A DNA stretch of 64,000 nt, taken from positions 192,001 through 256,000 of IMG/VR virus record IMGVR_UViG_3300015615_000629; one strand, 5' to 3'. The stretch is from a virus. Lineage: Duplodnaviria; Heunggongvirae; Uroviricota; Caudoviricetes. This document shows positions 44,928 to 54,250 of the stretch, piece after piece; positions within the stretch are counted from its first letter, which is position 1; the number at the start of each line of letters is the position of its first letter. Below the pieces are notes generated by a model that saw nothing but the letters and a program-made list of their open reading frames with translations, was not told the DNA's origin and did no database searches. A program made the position numbers and the translations under genes.

Positions 44928-46180
44928 TATAATTCTCCACTTTCGTACATTCTTCTAAAATGTCTGTAACCGCCATAAGTTGAAATGGCTCTCGCCAATT
45001 TCTTCAAGCCCATCTTTTGTAGGTTTGATTCGGTGGGAAAATGTCCAAGGTCATAAATAATTTTCTTTAAACCCATCACTGTTTCTTCCAATCCCCTTCT
45101 AGCCTTGGGTGTAAAGACAGAATAATCTACATCTGGAAAATTTAGATAACAGTTATTTCCGAATTCTTTTTTCATGTAATAATCATGATGTTGTGCTGCA
45201 TCGATTTGACTTTTAAAACTTTGAAAATATGTTTTTCCATTGCCTAGATTCGCAAAAGCACGCCAGCCGTTCGTATCTTTTGATACACCCTTGTAAACAG
45301 ATGCTCTCCCCGCCACGGCACTGCGGTGCCTATTAGACTTGGCCACCTTTGCATACACTTCACTTGAGTCCACAGTTTTAAACGAATCAATCCAATCTTG
45401 TGTCATCTCCAACATTGAAAAATTTGGGATTGTGTTATTGTAATTGCTTATTTTGTTACACAAGATTACAAAATAGTCAAGATCAAAATCCCATTTCATT
45501 TCATTAATATGTTTATGAGTCCAATGTATATTGTTTTTATTATAGCCTAATTTTGAATTTATCCTGTCGAGGGAGGCCGTACACTCATTTTTTCCCTTTT
45601 GCTTTAATATCTCCCCGTTAAAGTTGAAATAAATTGGAATCCCACTCAATATACATCGTCCATTTTGCTCAACATACTTTTCCCAAGCCTCCTCAATAGT
45701 TAAATCGAATTTGATATTTCGATTTCTAGCGTGTATAATATATTTTCCAAATTTAGATTTACTTAATCGCCCAACCCCTTTGAATTTAGCGAAATTTACA
45801 ACGTCTGGTATCTTAAGATTAGGTAAATCATCTTTTTTATTTGCAATCAGATAACACAGATTCAAAAAATATTCTTGCGAATATTCAAGTTTCATTACAT
45901 TTACTTCTTTATGAACCCACTGTAAATTTCCTTTGATATATCCTATTTTAGAATCAATGCGATCAAGAGACATTGTAGCGGTTGTAAGAGTATCTCCAGA
46001 TAATTTACAAATCTTTTTTTGTTTTTTGAACAAATATTCAACGTATTTTAAATCTACACCAAACTCCAACGAACGATCTAATGCTTTCTTACGAGTATCT
46101 GTCCATTTTCGGCCTGAAATAAACTCGCCACCTTGCCAATATGGGCTCTTTTTGCCCGGCTTTGTCTTGTTATAATTCAT
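44927..46180 (-). CDS. free-standing homing-endonuclease-like protein (two HNH-like domains + AP2)
   Basis: two SLDRI.S..GY...N..W.HK..N.MK units; AP2-like SVYKGVS...WRA...AAQHHD. Confidence 0.75.
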   Translation of the reverse strand: MNYNKTKPGKKSPYWQGGEFISGRKWTDTRKKALDRSLEFGVDLKYVEYLFKKQKKICKLSGDTLTTATMSLDRIDSKIGYIKGNLQWVHKEVNVMKLEYSQEYFLNLCYLIANKKDDLPNLKIPDVVNFAKFKGVGRLSKSKFGKYIIHARNRNIKFDLTIEEAWEKYVEQNGRCILSGIPIYFNFNGEILKQKGKNECTASLDRINSKLGYNKNNIHWTHKHINEMKWDFDLDYFVILCNKISNYNNTIPNFSMLEMTQDWIDSFKTVDSSEVYAKVAKSNRHRSAVAGRASVYKGVSKDTNGWRAFANLGNGKTYFQSFKSQIDAAQHHDYYMKKEFGNNCYLNFPDVDYSVFTPKARRGLEETVMGLKKIIYDLGHFPTESNLQKMGLKKLARAISTYGGYRHFRRMYESGEL

Positions 46181-46181
46181 T

Positions 46182-46211
46182 GTTCCTTAATTTTGGAGAA
46201 TTAAGACGAAC
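46182..46211 (-). promoter_or_regulatory. hairpin sequestering the endonuclease SD
   Basis: GTTC(GT)CTTAATT-ctccaa-AATTAAGGAAC directly before A-ATG. Confidence 0.55.
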
Positions 46212-46234
46212 GAGATTAGTGACTTCTTCCTCGC

Positions 46235-46537
46235 TCATATCTCGATTGACCCGATAATAAATCTTTCAACTTCTAATGTAGAAGGACTAGGACTATACAT
46301 GTTTTTATTCAAATATTCAACTGCTATAACGGCTGCTTCTCGCGTTGGATAAACAGTTGCCTCAGAAATACTCCCCCAACCGCCACACTCATGAACGTCC
46401 TCAATATAATATCGAACGCTGACAGGGCATTTTCCCATTTTAATACTGACGCAGTAATTTCCTTTAACAGAACTTTTCCCAAAAATATTTTTTGTTTTTA
46501 CAAACAACCAAAAAAAACCATTCATATGCTCTTTCAA
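46235..46537 (-). CDS. hypothetical protein
   Basis: 100 aa, coupled to the MTase. Confidence 0.5.
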   Translation of the reverse strand: MKEHMNGFFWLFVKTKNIFGKSSVKGNYCVSIKMGKCPVSVRYYIEDVHECGGWGSISEATVYPTREAAVIAVEYLNKNMYSPSPSTLEVERFIIGSIEI

Positions 46538-47280
46538 AGAAACCTTCCAAATGGATGATCAATTCCTTTTAAAGCATCCTCAATTTCTTTTTGTATTCTT
46601 TCAGGAATATCGAAAGTTTCAACTTCTAAAACAGGACGTTTCTTCTCCACTTCTTCGCAAGCTATTTTATAATAATTTTCGTCTTTTTCAATCCCAATAT
46701 ATCTGCGGTTCAGTTTCTTAGCCGCGACCAAAGTTGTTCCCGCTCCCGCACAAGGGTCTAAGACAATATCGCCTTCGTTAGAACTGGTTTTAATTAGATA
46801 TTCCATCAACTTCAACGGTTTCTGAGTAGGATGAAGTTTATTGCGGCTACACGGGTAATTCCAGACAGAACTTTTACAACGTTCATTAAACGTTGCCTTT
46901 GGAAACTTTCCGTAAACGCAACACTCAACCGAGTTTAACCAAAGATGTTGACCATTAGCTGGCGATGGATTTGTTTTATGTAAAATGCACAATCTTGTTG
47001 ACATTTTATTGTCAACAAATTTTTTCCTAATTTCAGAAACTTGTTCTGTACCACAAAAAATGTAAATACTGCCTTTTGTAACTCGAATGCATTCTGTAAG
47101 AAATGCATCTAGTTCAAATGTGGTTGTATCGGCAGCCCCTTTATCAAAATTTCTGAGTCCGTTGGAAGGGCGATTAACCTCGCCGTATGGAATATCGGTC
47201 AAAAGCAATTGAATTGTCTTAGATTCAATCTCCGGTAGAATTGTCATACAATCGGCATGAATTATCTGGTTTGTTTCCAT
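46534..47280 (-). CDS. beta-class DNA methyltransferase
   Basis: LTDIPY, HPTQKP, LDPCAGAGTT. Confidence 0.85.
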   Translation of the reverse strand: METNQIIHADCMTILPEIESKTIQLLLTDIPYGEVNRPSNGLRNFDKGAADTTTFELDAFLTECIRVTKGSIYIFCGTEQVSEIRKKFVDNKMSTRLCILHKTNPSPANGQHLWLNSVECCVYGKFPKATFNERCKSSVWNYPCSRNKLHPTQKPLKLMEYLIKTSSNEGDIVLDPCAGAGTTLVAAKKLNRRYIGIEKDENYYKIACEEVEKKRPVLEVETFDIPERIQKEIEDALKGIDHPFGRFL

Positions 47281-47471
47281 ACTTTGTTATTTTCAATAAA
47301 AGTTTCTTCAGAAGAACATTCTAGTCCTTTAAATTCCAATGATGATAAATAGCAATTTTCAAACACATGCTTTTGATGATTAACATCTATAAAGTAAAAA
47401 TTACTGCCCTCCCACCAGCATTGGAACTCGCCATCAACAACCAGAATTTTAATTTCTACTTTATCGCTCAT
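47262..47471 (-). CDS. hypothetical protein
   Basis: 69 aa, coupled. Confidence 0.5.
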   Translation of the reverse strand: MSDKVEIKILVVDGEFQCWWEGSNFYFIDVNHQKHVFENCYLSSLEFKGLECSSEETFIENNKVWKQTR

Positions 47472-47725
47472 TCTCTATGAATTGCTCCATGATCTTCCAT
47501 ACAATGGACGGCAATTCCAGCAATCTTTCGCATAACATCAAGTGCTTGTTGGTCGCCAGAATTTAAAGCCCATGCTTCTTGTAATTTCGAATGATAGTAG
47601 CCCAACATAGTAATGTAGTTACCTACGGTATGAGGTTGTCCATCTGTGCGGGTTGGTGGTAATTTATCTTGATAGTCTCGCTCGCCATCAATTACTAAAT
47701 AAACTTCATTTCTTGTGCTTTTCAT
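47468..47725 (-). CDS. MazG-like all-alpha NTP-pyrophosphatase-fold protein
   Basis: IDGERDYQD...RKIAGIAVHCME. Confidence 0.5.
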   Translation of the reverse strand: MKSTRNEVYLVIDGERDYQDKLPPTRTDGQPHTVGNYITMLGYYHSKLQEAWALNSGDQQALDVMRKIAGIAVHCMEDHGAIHRE

Positions 47726-47733
47726 TTCTTTCC

Positions 47734-49074
47734 TTAAGGTAATCGACTTGAATCTTCACACATATAAAGCCATTCCAAAGAATGATTGGCCCACTTTTCT
47801 AAAAGTTCTTCCCAAGTATCAGAAGTAATATCAATGTTAAACATATAGTAAGGAACATTGTCGCAACCACTAAATAAAGGCATCAAAATAGTTCGATCCC
47901 AGTTTTCACGATTATAAATCTGACCGAAGTTTAAATCTTTTCCTTCAGCAGAAACAACATCTTCAATTTCTCCATTTTCGATATTAATCGAATACTTTTC
48001 ATCTTTGTAACAATAGTTTTCCTTGTTTAAAAGAAAACACTTGGCCCACGCAGGTACGATATCGTGCCTACATTTTCCACATACATCTTCGGAGGAACCA
48101 GATTTGATCGAATAGACCCCATCGGCGTAAGATATTGTAAGTTTTCTACAACCTCTAGTAATTGCTTCACTCAGATTAAATAATTCCCACAAGAACATAT
48201 CTTCCGGTTCGAGTAGACAAACAAGGTCGTCTTTATCCCAAATAACATACTTGTCTCCATAGCTTTCTTTTTCAAATAAACATAGAGCAAGTTCTTTATT
48301 TACCAAAGTACGAAAAATCTCAACTTCTATTTTCTGATTTGGGAATTCATCCTTCATCCGATGAAAACTAAAGAATTTCTTAAATTTTCCCTTAACATCA
48401 ATGTTTGCTTTTAAATTTTCAATTAAATTCAAATAACGTTCGACACCCATCAAATCTATTAGAAGATGTTTAGAACTGTTGTTTTGCTTACTAATGTCAT
48501 CTAAAGTCAGGCTGTTGTGGTCTTTAATATGTTTTTCTTCAACCAAAACACCATTATAACAAAATATTTTTGACCCATCTTCAAACAAGACAGCATAATC
48601 ATCGGGATGATGGAATCCTAAGTCATTGTGATATACCTCCACAGGTCTTTCAAAGATATAGCAATGCTTTACTCCATAAACAACCGCATAACTATTGTCC
48701 CACAGTCTGTGCAATATTTCTTCTAATTCACTGTGCAATGGAAATCTATAAATATGGGAAATTGGAAGCGATACAGAAAAATCTGCCTTACCAATCATCT
48801 TCCTGTTTATTACTTCGCGTAAAACATTTTTAAAACGAGAACTTTTTCCGTAACTCCTATTCGTAACAAAATACGCAATGTCACCAGTTGTATCTGGGTC
48901 TAACCATTCTACCCCTCTACTAAAACAAGTGTCGAAAAAATCTTTTGTTCCCCTAACAAAAATTACTTCTGGTTCTTTTATCTTCCAATGACGATATAAA
49001 TCACGAATTGCCTTGGCACATTCGTCTCTATCAATCGGCTCGGTTTTCAGAAATAACTCTGTGAATTCGTTCAT
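47734..49074 (-). CDS. DUF6745-like domain protein
   Basis: PIDRDEC..AI..LY, ERP..V, HHPD..AV.F.DG...YNGV. Confidence 0.55.
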   Translation of the reverse strand: MNEFTELFLKTEPIDRDECAKAIRDLYRHWKIKEPEVIFVRGTKDFFDTCFSRGVEWLDPDTTGDIAYFVTNRSYGKSSRFKNVLREVINRKMIGKADFSVSLPISHIYRFPLHSELEEILHRLWDNSYAVVYGVKHCYIFERPVEVYHNDLGFHHPDDYAVLFEDGSKIFCYNGVLVEEKHIKDHNSLTLDDISKQNNSSKHLLIDLMGVERYLNLIENLKANIDVKGKFKKFFSFHRMKDEFPNQKIEVEIFRTLVNKELALCLFEKESYGDKYVIWDKDDLVCLLEPEDMFLWELFNLSEAITRGCRKLTISYADGVYSIKSGSSEDVCGKCRHDIVPAWAKCFLLNKENYCYKDEKYSINIENGEIEDVVSAEGKDLNFGQIYNRENWDRTILMPLFSGCDNVPYYMFNIDITSDTWEELLEKWANHSLEWLYMCEDSSRLP

Positions 49075-49080
49075 TAGAAA

Positions 49081-50274
49081 TTATTCTCTCCCGCCAATAC
49101 CTAACAATTCATTCAATTCTTCGTCATCCTCGTCGGCTGTCGATTCTTCGACCAAATCACCACTTTGAACCAAATCGAAAGCAGCACGATATTCAGATAC
49201 ATATTCCTCTACTTCATCGGCAGAATTAGCATCCACTAAAGCAGGACATTTAAGCAAGACTTCCAAAGGAACTGAATTCTGCTCCTTAGTTGCCTTGAAT
49301 TTCACTTCCATTCCATTACTATAAGGTTCTAATACTGAATAGTTCCCGGCCTTACCAGTAATTCGCTCAGCCAAAAGTAGGCTAGAAAGCAATCCACCTG
49401 TCGGATTAATTCCAGAATTAAAAAACAACTGAACTTCATCTACTTCTAAACCAGGAGTGAAACTTCTGTTCTTTTTATTTGCAAACTTAAGGCCAACTCC
49501 AATTGGAAAACCCAATTTATTTGTAAAATGCTTTTTAGCAGAAGTTCTTAATCGAAGACTGGCGTAAAAAGGTAACGCTTTTCCACCGCCGCCAGTCACC
49601 TCGGGATTTCCATAACCGCCAATGGCCGAACGAACCTGATTGATAATCACCATTGTGGCATCGTTGTCGCTTAAGAACGGATTCAAACGTCTTAAACAAT
49701 CACCAGCGGCTCTAGCACGCTCGCCGGGCTTCTCGTTAGAACCTACAATCTTTTTGAAATCAGCTTGCGTGTAATTATCCGGAAGATCGGCGTATTTAGA
49801 CTCTCTGCCACACATAACGGTCGAGATTGAATCCCACAAGAAAGCAATCGGCTTATCAACACCAAAATGTTGCCTAATTTTCTTTGTAACGGAAATTACC
49901 TTACGCTCAATCTGGTCGAATTCCATCAATTCGTAAACCAATAGTTTATCCGTATCAACATGTGCAGCAGCCCTCATGAAATCAGCATTTGATGAACGTT
50001 CGCAATCCAAATAAACTGCAATTCCGCCCATCTTTTGGCAACCACGTAAAACACAATTACCAAGCAAAGATTTAGCAGAGGCTTGTGGTCCATAAAGTTC
50101 ACTCAAACGACCCCCTGGAAAACCACCACCGAGGAATCGCCCGCTACACATCCAATTGATGCTTAAATTTCCGCTATCAATGTAATATTTACTTTTTCCT
50201 ACATCTGACAGCAATTGACCTCCTGTTTCAGAGGCCAATGCCGCAAATGCGTCTTCTTTTTGTTTTTTAGCCAT
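49081..50274 (-). CDS. uvsX: RecA/UvsX-like recombinase
   Basis: GGFPGGRLSELYG..ASAKS, YLDCE, WDSI, INQVR, GGKALPFYASLR. Confidence 0.88.
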   Translation of the reverse strand: MAKKQKEDAFAALASETGGQLLSDVGKSKYYIDSGNLSINWMCSGRFLGGGFPGGRLSELYGPQASAKSLLGNCVLRGCQKMGGIAVYLDCERSSNADFMRAAAHVDTDKLLVYELMEFDQIERKVISVTKKIRQHFGVDKPIAFLWDSISTVMCGRESKYADLPDNYTQADFKKIVGSNEKPGERARAAGDCLRRLNPFLSDNDATMVIINQVRSAIGGYGNPEVTGGGGKALPFYASLRLRTSAKKHFTNKLGFPIGVGLKFANKKNRSFTPGLEVDEVQLFFNSGINPTGGLLSSLLLAERITGKAGNYSVLEPYSNGMEVKFKATKEQNSVPLEVLLKCPALVDANSADEVEEYVSEYRAAFDLVQSGDLVEESTADEDDEELNELLGIGGRE

Positions 50275-50285
50275 AATTTCCTTCG

Positions 50286-50654
50286 TTAATTATTTTTGTC
50301 TTTAACCTTCTCAAACGCACAGGCAAGAGACGAATAAAAATGATATCTACCATTTGCAAAATAACTGATGTTTATTTTCTGCCCATCGACCTTCGTTACA
50401 GTTGCAACAAAATGTCCATCAACAGCGAATTGAGTAGTTTGTTCAGCTTTAAAATAAACCAAATCACCTACATTAAACGATTCTCCACAAGTGGAAGATG
50501 CTTTTTGTAACAATCGCAAAGACAAGTCATTAAATAAGTTATAACGAAATTTATAGTCACTAAGCCATGTGCAAACAATCGCACTATTAATGCCAGTGAC
50601 TACCATTGTCGGGCCACCAGACTTTAATTGAACAAGATCACCTAACTGAAACAT
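50286..50654 (-). CDS. YodC/DUF2158 protein (two repeats)
   Basis: FQLGDLVQLKSGGPTMVV; second FNVGDLVYFK. Confidence 0.7.
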   Translation of the reverse strand: MFQLGDLVQLKSGGPTMVVTGINSAIVCTWLSDYKFRYNLFNDLSLRLLQKASSTCGESFNVGDLVYFKAEQTTQFAVDGHFVATVTKVDGQKINISYFANGRYHFYSSLACAFEKVKDKNN

Positions 50655-50671
50655 GCTTTATTCCTTGTGTG

Positions 50672-50738
50672 TAAAAGAAAAGTGGCGGGGCTGGCTCTAA
50701 CAAAACGGAAAATCTCGGAACCTAGCCAGCCCCGCCAC
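50672..50738 (-). terminator. intrinsic terminator after the SSB gene
   Basis: 15-bp perfect inverted repeat 50682-50696/50724-50738 then TTTTCTTTT on minus. Confidence 0.8.
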
Positions 50739-50742
50739 AAAT

Positions 50743-51750
50743 TTAAGCCTTTTCCATTTCCTTGAAGAATTCATCTTCGGTCATGGTAGGGTCAATATTC
50801 AAACTCTCCATAGAAGGAGTCATCGAATGCCCAGCTGTTCCGCCCAATTTAACGCCACCAGTTGCTTCTACAGCGTAATTTGCCTGTCCATCCGAGGAGG
50901 TTGTTACCGTTACCTTGGGAGCAGCGGCAACCTCTGTTTGGAATTCACTCGGATCGTAAGACCCATTATTCGGTGAATCGTTAGGAATCAATCCCAAATG
51001 AATCTTAAGTTGATGCTTAAGTTCTTCAACTGGACGGACAACTCGCAACGACACCAAATCATGCAAATGATCCATATAATAAGCGATTTCATCCGGTGTT
51101 CCCAATGCCGATGATTCATCGTCAAAGTGTGACTGACCGTAATCCGGATACGAATTGCCATCATGCCCAGAAATCATCTGCTTTGTGATAATCAAATCAC
51201 GGCCACGCTCTGGGTCGGCAACGTTTCCTAAACCCTTAATCTTAAGGGCTTTATTACCAAACATTTTATTGATGATAACCTTGTGAAGTTTCTCACCAAT
51301 CGAAAGAATCTTCGGATCAGGACGTTCGCCGTTTTCAGGGCGAACAATGCAGTTATAGTAATATCTTGGACGCGGTTTCAAACTACGTGCCAAGTTCTGC
51401 ATTCGCTCTTGCTCGTCTCTGCCCTTCTTCTCCGATTCCTGCCAGAGCCAAGTGTAATGAGAACAAATTGGACAATCACCTAGCCATTTGTCGCCATTTA
51501 ATTCACGTGGGCAATGAAAACTGCGTTCGTTAATTCTGTGAATTCTAGTAGCCATAAAGAAAGGGCTACGATCACGCTCAAACTTACCCGAAAGAGCCGG
51601 TCCTAAAAGACGGACTACAATAGCTCCTGTTTCGGGGAAAGCAACGAAATTCTTAAGAAAGTCGTCATTACCGCCGCCTTTCTTAGTATTCTTGTCTTGA
51701 GAAAGCCTTTCGTGCTCGACAAGAAGATCGTTCATAAAATCGTTAGACAT
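50743..51750 (-). CDS. T4 gp32-like single-stranded DNA-binding protein
   Basis: VRLL.P, H..HCP...CPIC, RYYYN, GRD..I.K, YPDY..S.F; acidic tail. Confidence 0.85.
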   Translation of the reverse strand: MSNDFMNDLLVEHERLSQDKNTKKGGGNDDFLKNFVAFPETGAIVVRLLGPALSGKFERDRSPFFMATRIHRINERSFHCPRELNGDKWLGDCPICSHYTWLWQESEKKGRDEQERMQNLARSLKPRPRYYYNCIVRPENGERPDPKILSIGEKLHKVIINKMFGNKALKIKGLGNVADPERGRDLIITKQMISGHDGNSYPDYGQSHFDDESSALGTPDEIAYYMDHLHDLVSLRVVRPVEELKHQLKIHLGLIPNDSPNNGSYDPSEFQTEVAAAPKVTVTTSSDGQANYAVEATGGVKLGGTAGHSMTPSMESLNIDPTMTEDEFFKEMEKA

Positions 51751-51829
51751 AAGTTACTCCAAAAGTTAAAAAATAAGTAATTTTCTTCAATCTCAATAAC
51801 CAAACTATGATTACCGTCGTTGAAATAAA

Positions 51830-51858
51830 GTTATACAAGTAGTATCGTGTGGTTGCAA
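51830..51858 (-). promoter_or_regulatory. sigma70-type promoter for the SSB gene
   Basis: TTGCAA-17 bp-TATAAC on minus. Confidence 0.6.
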
Positions 51859-51872
51859 TAGAAATTTTTAAT

Positions 51873-52244
51873 TTATTCTAAAATTTCTTTAGTTTTTTCT
51901 TCTAAGTAATCCATTTTTTCTTTAAGTGTATGACAGCCTTCATCTTCCAGCTTCTCATTTATTTTCTTGCGATCTTCCAATTCTCGTTTATGTTCCTGTT
52001 CTAGTGCCTCGATTAACTTGATGTTGTGTTGAACCTTAGACTCAAACTCTCTGAATTTGGCAACCTTCTCAGGGTCTTTAGGGTTGACAATAGGGTCTAA
52101 CCTTATTTCCCCTACTCTTGCCGCTTTTTCAAGAGACTCATCGTACTTACGCTTCTTTCTGATAGCTTCTCGACGACGTAAAACTGTCTGCTTAGCAGCA
52201 CGTTCTCTATTTTTCTTCTTTCTATCTTGCATTTTTTTAGACAT
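51873..52244 (-). CDS. basic coiled-coil protein
   Basis: K/R-rich N-terminus; SD GGAG. Confidence 0.65.
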   Translation of the reverse strand: MSKKMQDRKKKNRERAAKQTVLRRREAIRKKRKYDESLEKAARVGEIRLDPIVNPKDPEKVAKFREFESKVQHNIKLIEALEQEHKRELEDRKKINEKLEDEGCHTLKEKMDYLEEKTKEILE

Positions 52245-52933
52245 TAACCTCTCCTTAAAACAGGCATGCCAGAGTCATAATTGTCACTAAAACTAAGTTT
52301 GGGGCCGGCAGAAGGCGTTTTGCCCGATGCATCGAAGCCACCTATTAATGTTTTCGGAACATCCGGAAGAAAATGTTTATCCAACATTTTACGGGTTGTA
52401 CCACCATCGTCTGTAGTCGTGTATTGCACGCCCATCGGTCTGATTTCTTCTTTGTAAATTGGGTATCTTTTTCCAATGGTAAATTTATACCCTCTTCTTT
52501 TGTCCTCATGCACCAGAGCAGGTTCAATAGGATCATATATTTCATACCGAAGTGGAGAACCGCCATTCTGAGCTGGAGCCGCTGGGGTTGGTGTTGGGAT
52601 GGACGAAGGCAAGGCTGCCGCAACTGGAGGGGCGACTTCGGCTGGTGCGTCAACTACCGCTCCGTCGTCAAATCTAAATTTCTTATTCTTAATTACCAAG
52701 CCGTCTGCGGCTTCTTTATAACTCAATTTCTTTTTGGTAAATTCGTAGATTTCAACTTCCATCACCAAAATATTACGTCTGGCTAGTTGGGCCATAATCT
52801 TCCCTGCCACTACCGATAACTCGATATCATCCTCGGCAGAACCAACTTTAACCTTCTTGGTCTTAAGTTCCTCCTTGTTATATTCGCCCTTTTCGATTTC
52901 TTCATGATACTTAAAAATTATTTCAAAACCCAT
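52244..52933 (-). CDS. hypothetical two-domain protein with Pro/Ala linker
   Basis: 229 aa. Confidence 0.65.
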   Translation of the reverse strand: MGFEIIFKYHEEIEKGEYNKEELKTKKVKVGSAEDDIELSVVAGKIMAQLARRNILVMEVEIYEFTKKKLSYKEAADGLVIKNKKFRFDDGAVVDAPAEVAPPVAAALPSSIPTPTPAAPAQNGGSPLRYEIYDPIEPALVHEDKRRGYKFTIGKRYPIYKEEIRPMGVQYTTTDDGGTTRKMLDKHFLPDVPKTLIGGFDASGKTPSAGPKLSFSDNYDSGMPVLRRG

Positions 52934-52939
52934 ATTTCC

Positions 52940-53548
52940 TCATTTCTTGACAATTCCAGTGCCATACCTAGTAGGAACTATAACTACATCTCTGCTTTTA
53001 GTTTTACAGAAATCCGTAAATATCTGATTTCCCACAGACGACTTAACATGGTTAATTACAATATAACCATCCTCGGCAATATATTGCCAGATCAAATCTA
53101 GTCTCTGCCTTTCCTTGTCATATTTGTCTCCTAAGTTATTAAATAGACACAAATCCCACTTTTTCTCGCCCAAAATGGAATTAAATTGAGCATCCAAGTA
53201 ACCGCCAACATACAAATCAAACTTCTCTTTATAGACGGTTTTAATGTTTTTTCTGCCAAATATGTCTGGATAGTTCTCTTGCATCTCTTGAAATGCTAAG
53301 AAATTCTTGACACTTTTACATTGTTTCAGGAAACATGTGCTCAATAATCCCAAGTCAAAACCAATTTCCAATAGATTTGTAGGAGTTAAGTATTTCCCAA
53401 GATGAAAATAGAAAGGTGCATGGCGATTGTCTTTGTATTCAAGACTAGCCCTGCTATCGGGATTAGGTATGTTAAGATTGTCTAATAACATCCCAGATTT
53501 GATGAATTCGTTGGAAATATCTTTTTTTAAATTGTCTAGGAAATACAT
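52940..53548 (-). CDS. class I SAM methyltransferase (Methyltransf_24-like, divergent)
   Basis: LLEIGFDLGLLS, DGYIVI, YGTGIV. Confidence 0.6.
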   Translation of the reverse strand: MYFLDNLKKDISNEFIKSGMLLDNLNIPNPDSRASLEYKDNRHAPFYFHLGKYLTPTNLLEIGFDLGLLSTCFLKQCKSVKNFLAFQEMQENYPDIFGRKNIKTVYKEKFDLYVGGYLDAQFNSILGEKKWDLCLFNNLGDKYDKERQRLDLIWQYIAEDGYIVINHVKSSVGNQIFTDFCKTKSRDVVIVPTRYGTGIVKK

Positions 53549-53563
53549 ATTTTTTGAAGATAT

Positions 53564-53606
53564 AAAATAAAAAAGGAGGTTTAAAACACCAAGTTTTAAC
53601 CTCCTT
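53564..53606 (-). terminator. intrinsic terminator closing the ncRNA
   Basis: AAGGAGGTTAAAAC-ttggt-GTTTTAAACCTCCTT then T-run on minus. Confidence 0.8.
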
Positions 53607-53760
53607 GTCTCAGACTCGGCAATCTGCCATTTACATTGAATTGTGGCTCAAACCATCCAATTCCCATATTTGCAATTTCTTGCGGATAAATGATGCCTTC
53701 TTATATGGACTTCCGGCAACACTTCAACACCACAAGTCGAAGAACAATGGCGTCCAAGAC
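53607..53760 (-). ncRNA. rod-shaped structured ncRNA, 6S-like
   Basis: nested helices GUCUUGGAC/GUCUGAGAC, GCCAUU/AAUGGC, UUGUGGU/GCCACAA, CCGG/UUGG, UCCAUAU/AUAUGGG, GCAA-GAAA-UUGC; upstream TAAATA; downstream terminator. Confidence 0.7.
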
Positions 53761-53764
53761 ACTA

Positions 53765-54250
53765 CTATTTAGTGTCTAATTCGTCAATATTTAAATCTTC
53801 TCTATTGTGATATAACTCAATATTAAACTTCTCCATTTCCTTTCTTAACGTATAAGAACGTGAAATGGCATTCTGATAACCTTTATCCCAAGCCCTCATG
53901 TGATTCTTTACTTTATTTACCAACTTGTCCAACTCCAACATTTTGCCTCTTGCCTGTTGAACCGCTGGATCAACTCTGGCTCGTGATTCCGCAAACTTAT
54001 CAGAACCACCTTCTTCCTTAGATGAAATAAACTTTGAATCAAATGTGTCTTTATACGCAAACTCGGCTTCTTTGTAAGCGTGCTCTAAATCAGCCAGTAA
54101 AGCACCAAAATAGTCATACCACAGATGCATCTCTTGTTGAAATCTGCCTAACGTAGCCTCATCAAAAAAGATACGATTGCGGTCTAAAACTACTTCTCTG
54201 CCGTCTATTGTAAAACTTTCCTTAGAAAGGATTTCGTCTATATCACTCAT
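53765..54250 (-). CDS. uvsY: UvsY-like recombination mediator
   Basis: helical protein, GGSDKFAESRARVDP, next to the helicase. Confidence 0.6.
   Translation of the reverse strand: MSDIDEILSKESFTIDGREVVLDRNRIFFDEATLGRFQQEMHLWYDYFGALLADLEHAYKEAEFAYKDTFDSKFISSKEEGGSDKFAESRARVDPAVQQARGKMLELDKLVNKVKNHMRAWDKGYQNAISRSYTLRKEMEKFNIELYHNREDLNIDELDTK
53766..53771 (-). promoter_or_regulatory. late-type promoter TAAATA for the ncRNA
   Basis: 5 nt before the closing stem, same spacing as at leaderless genes. Confidence 0.6.

Noticed and set aside
53607-53760. tRNA, tmRNA or SRP RNA
   Set aside because: No cloverleaf, T-loop or tag ORF; CCGGAAG is present but the SRP helix-8 context is not evident.
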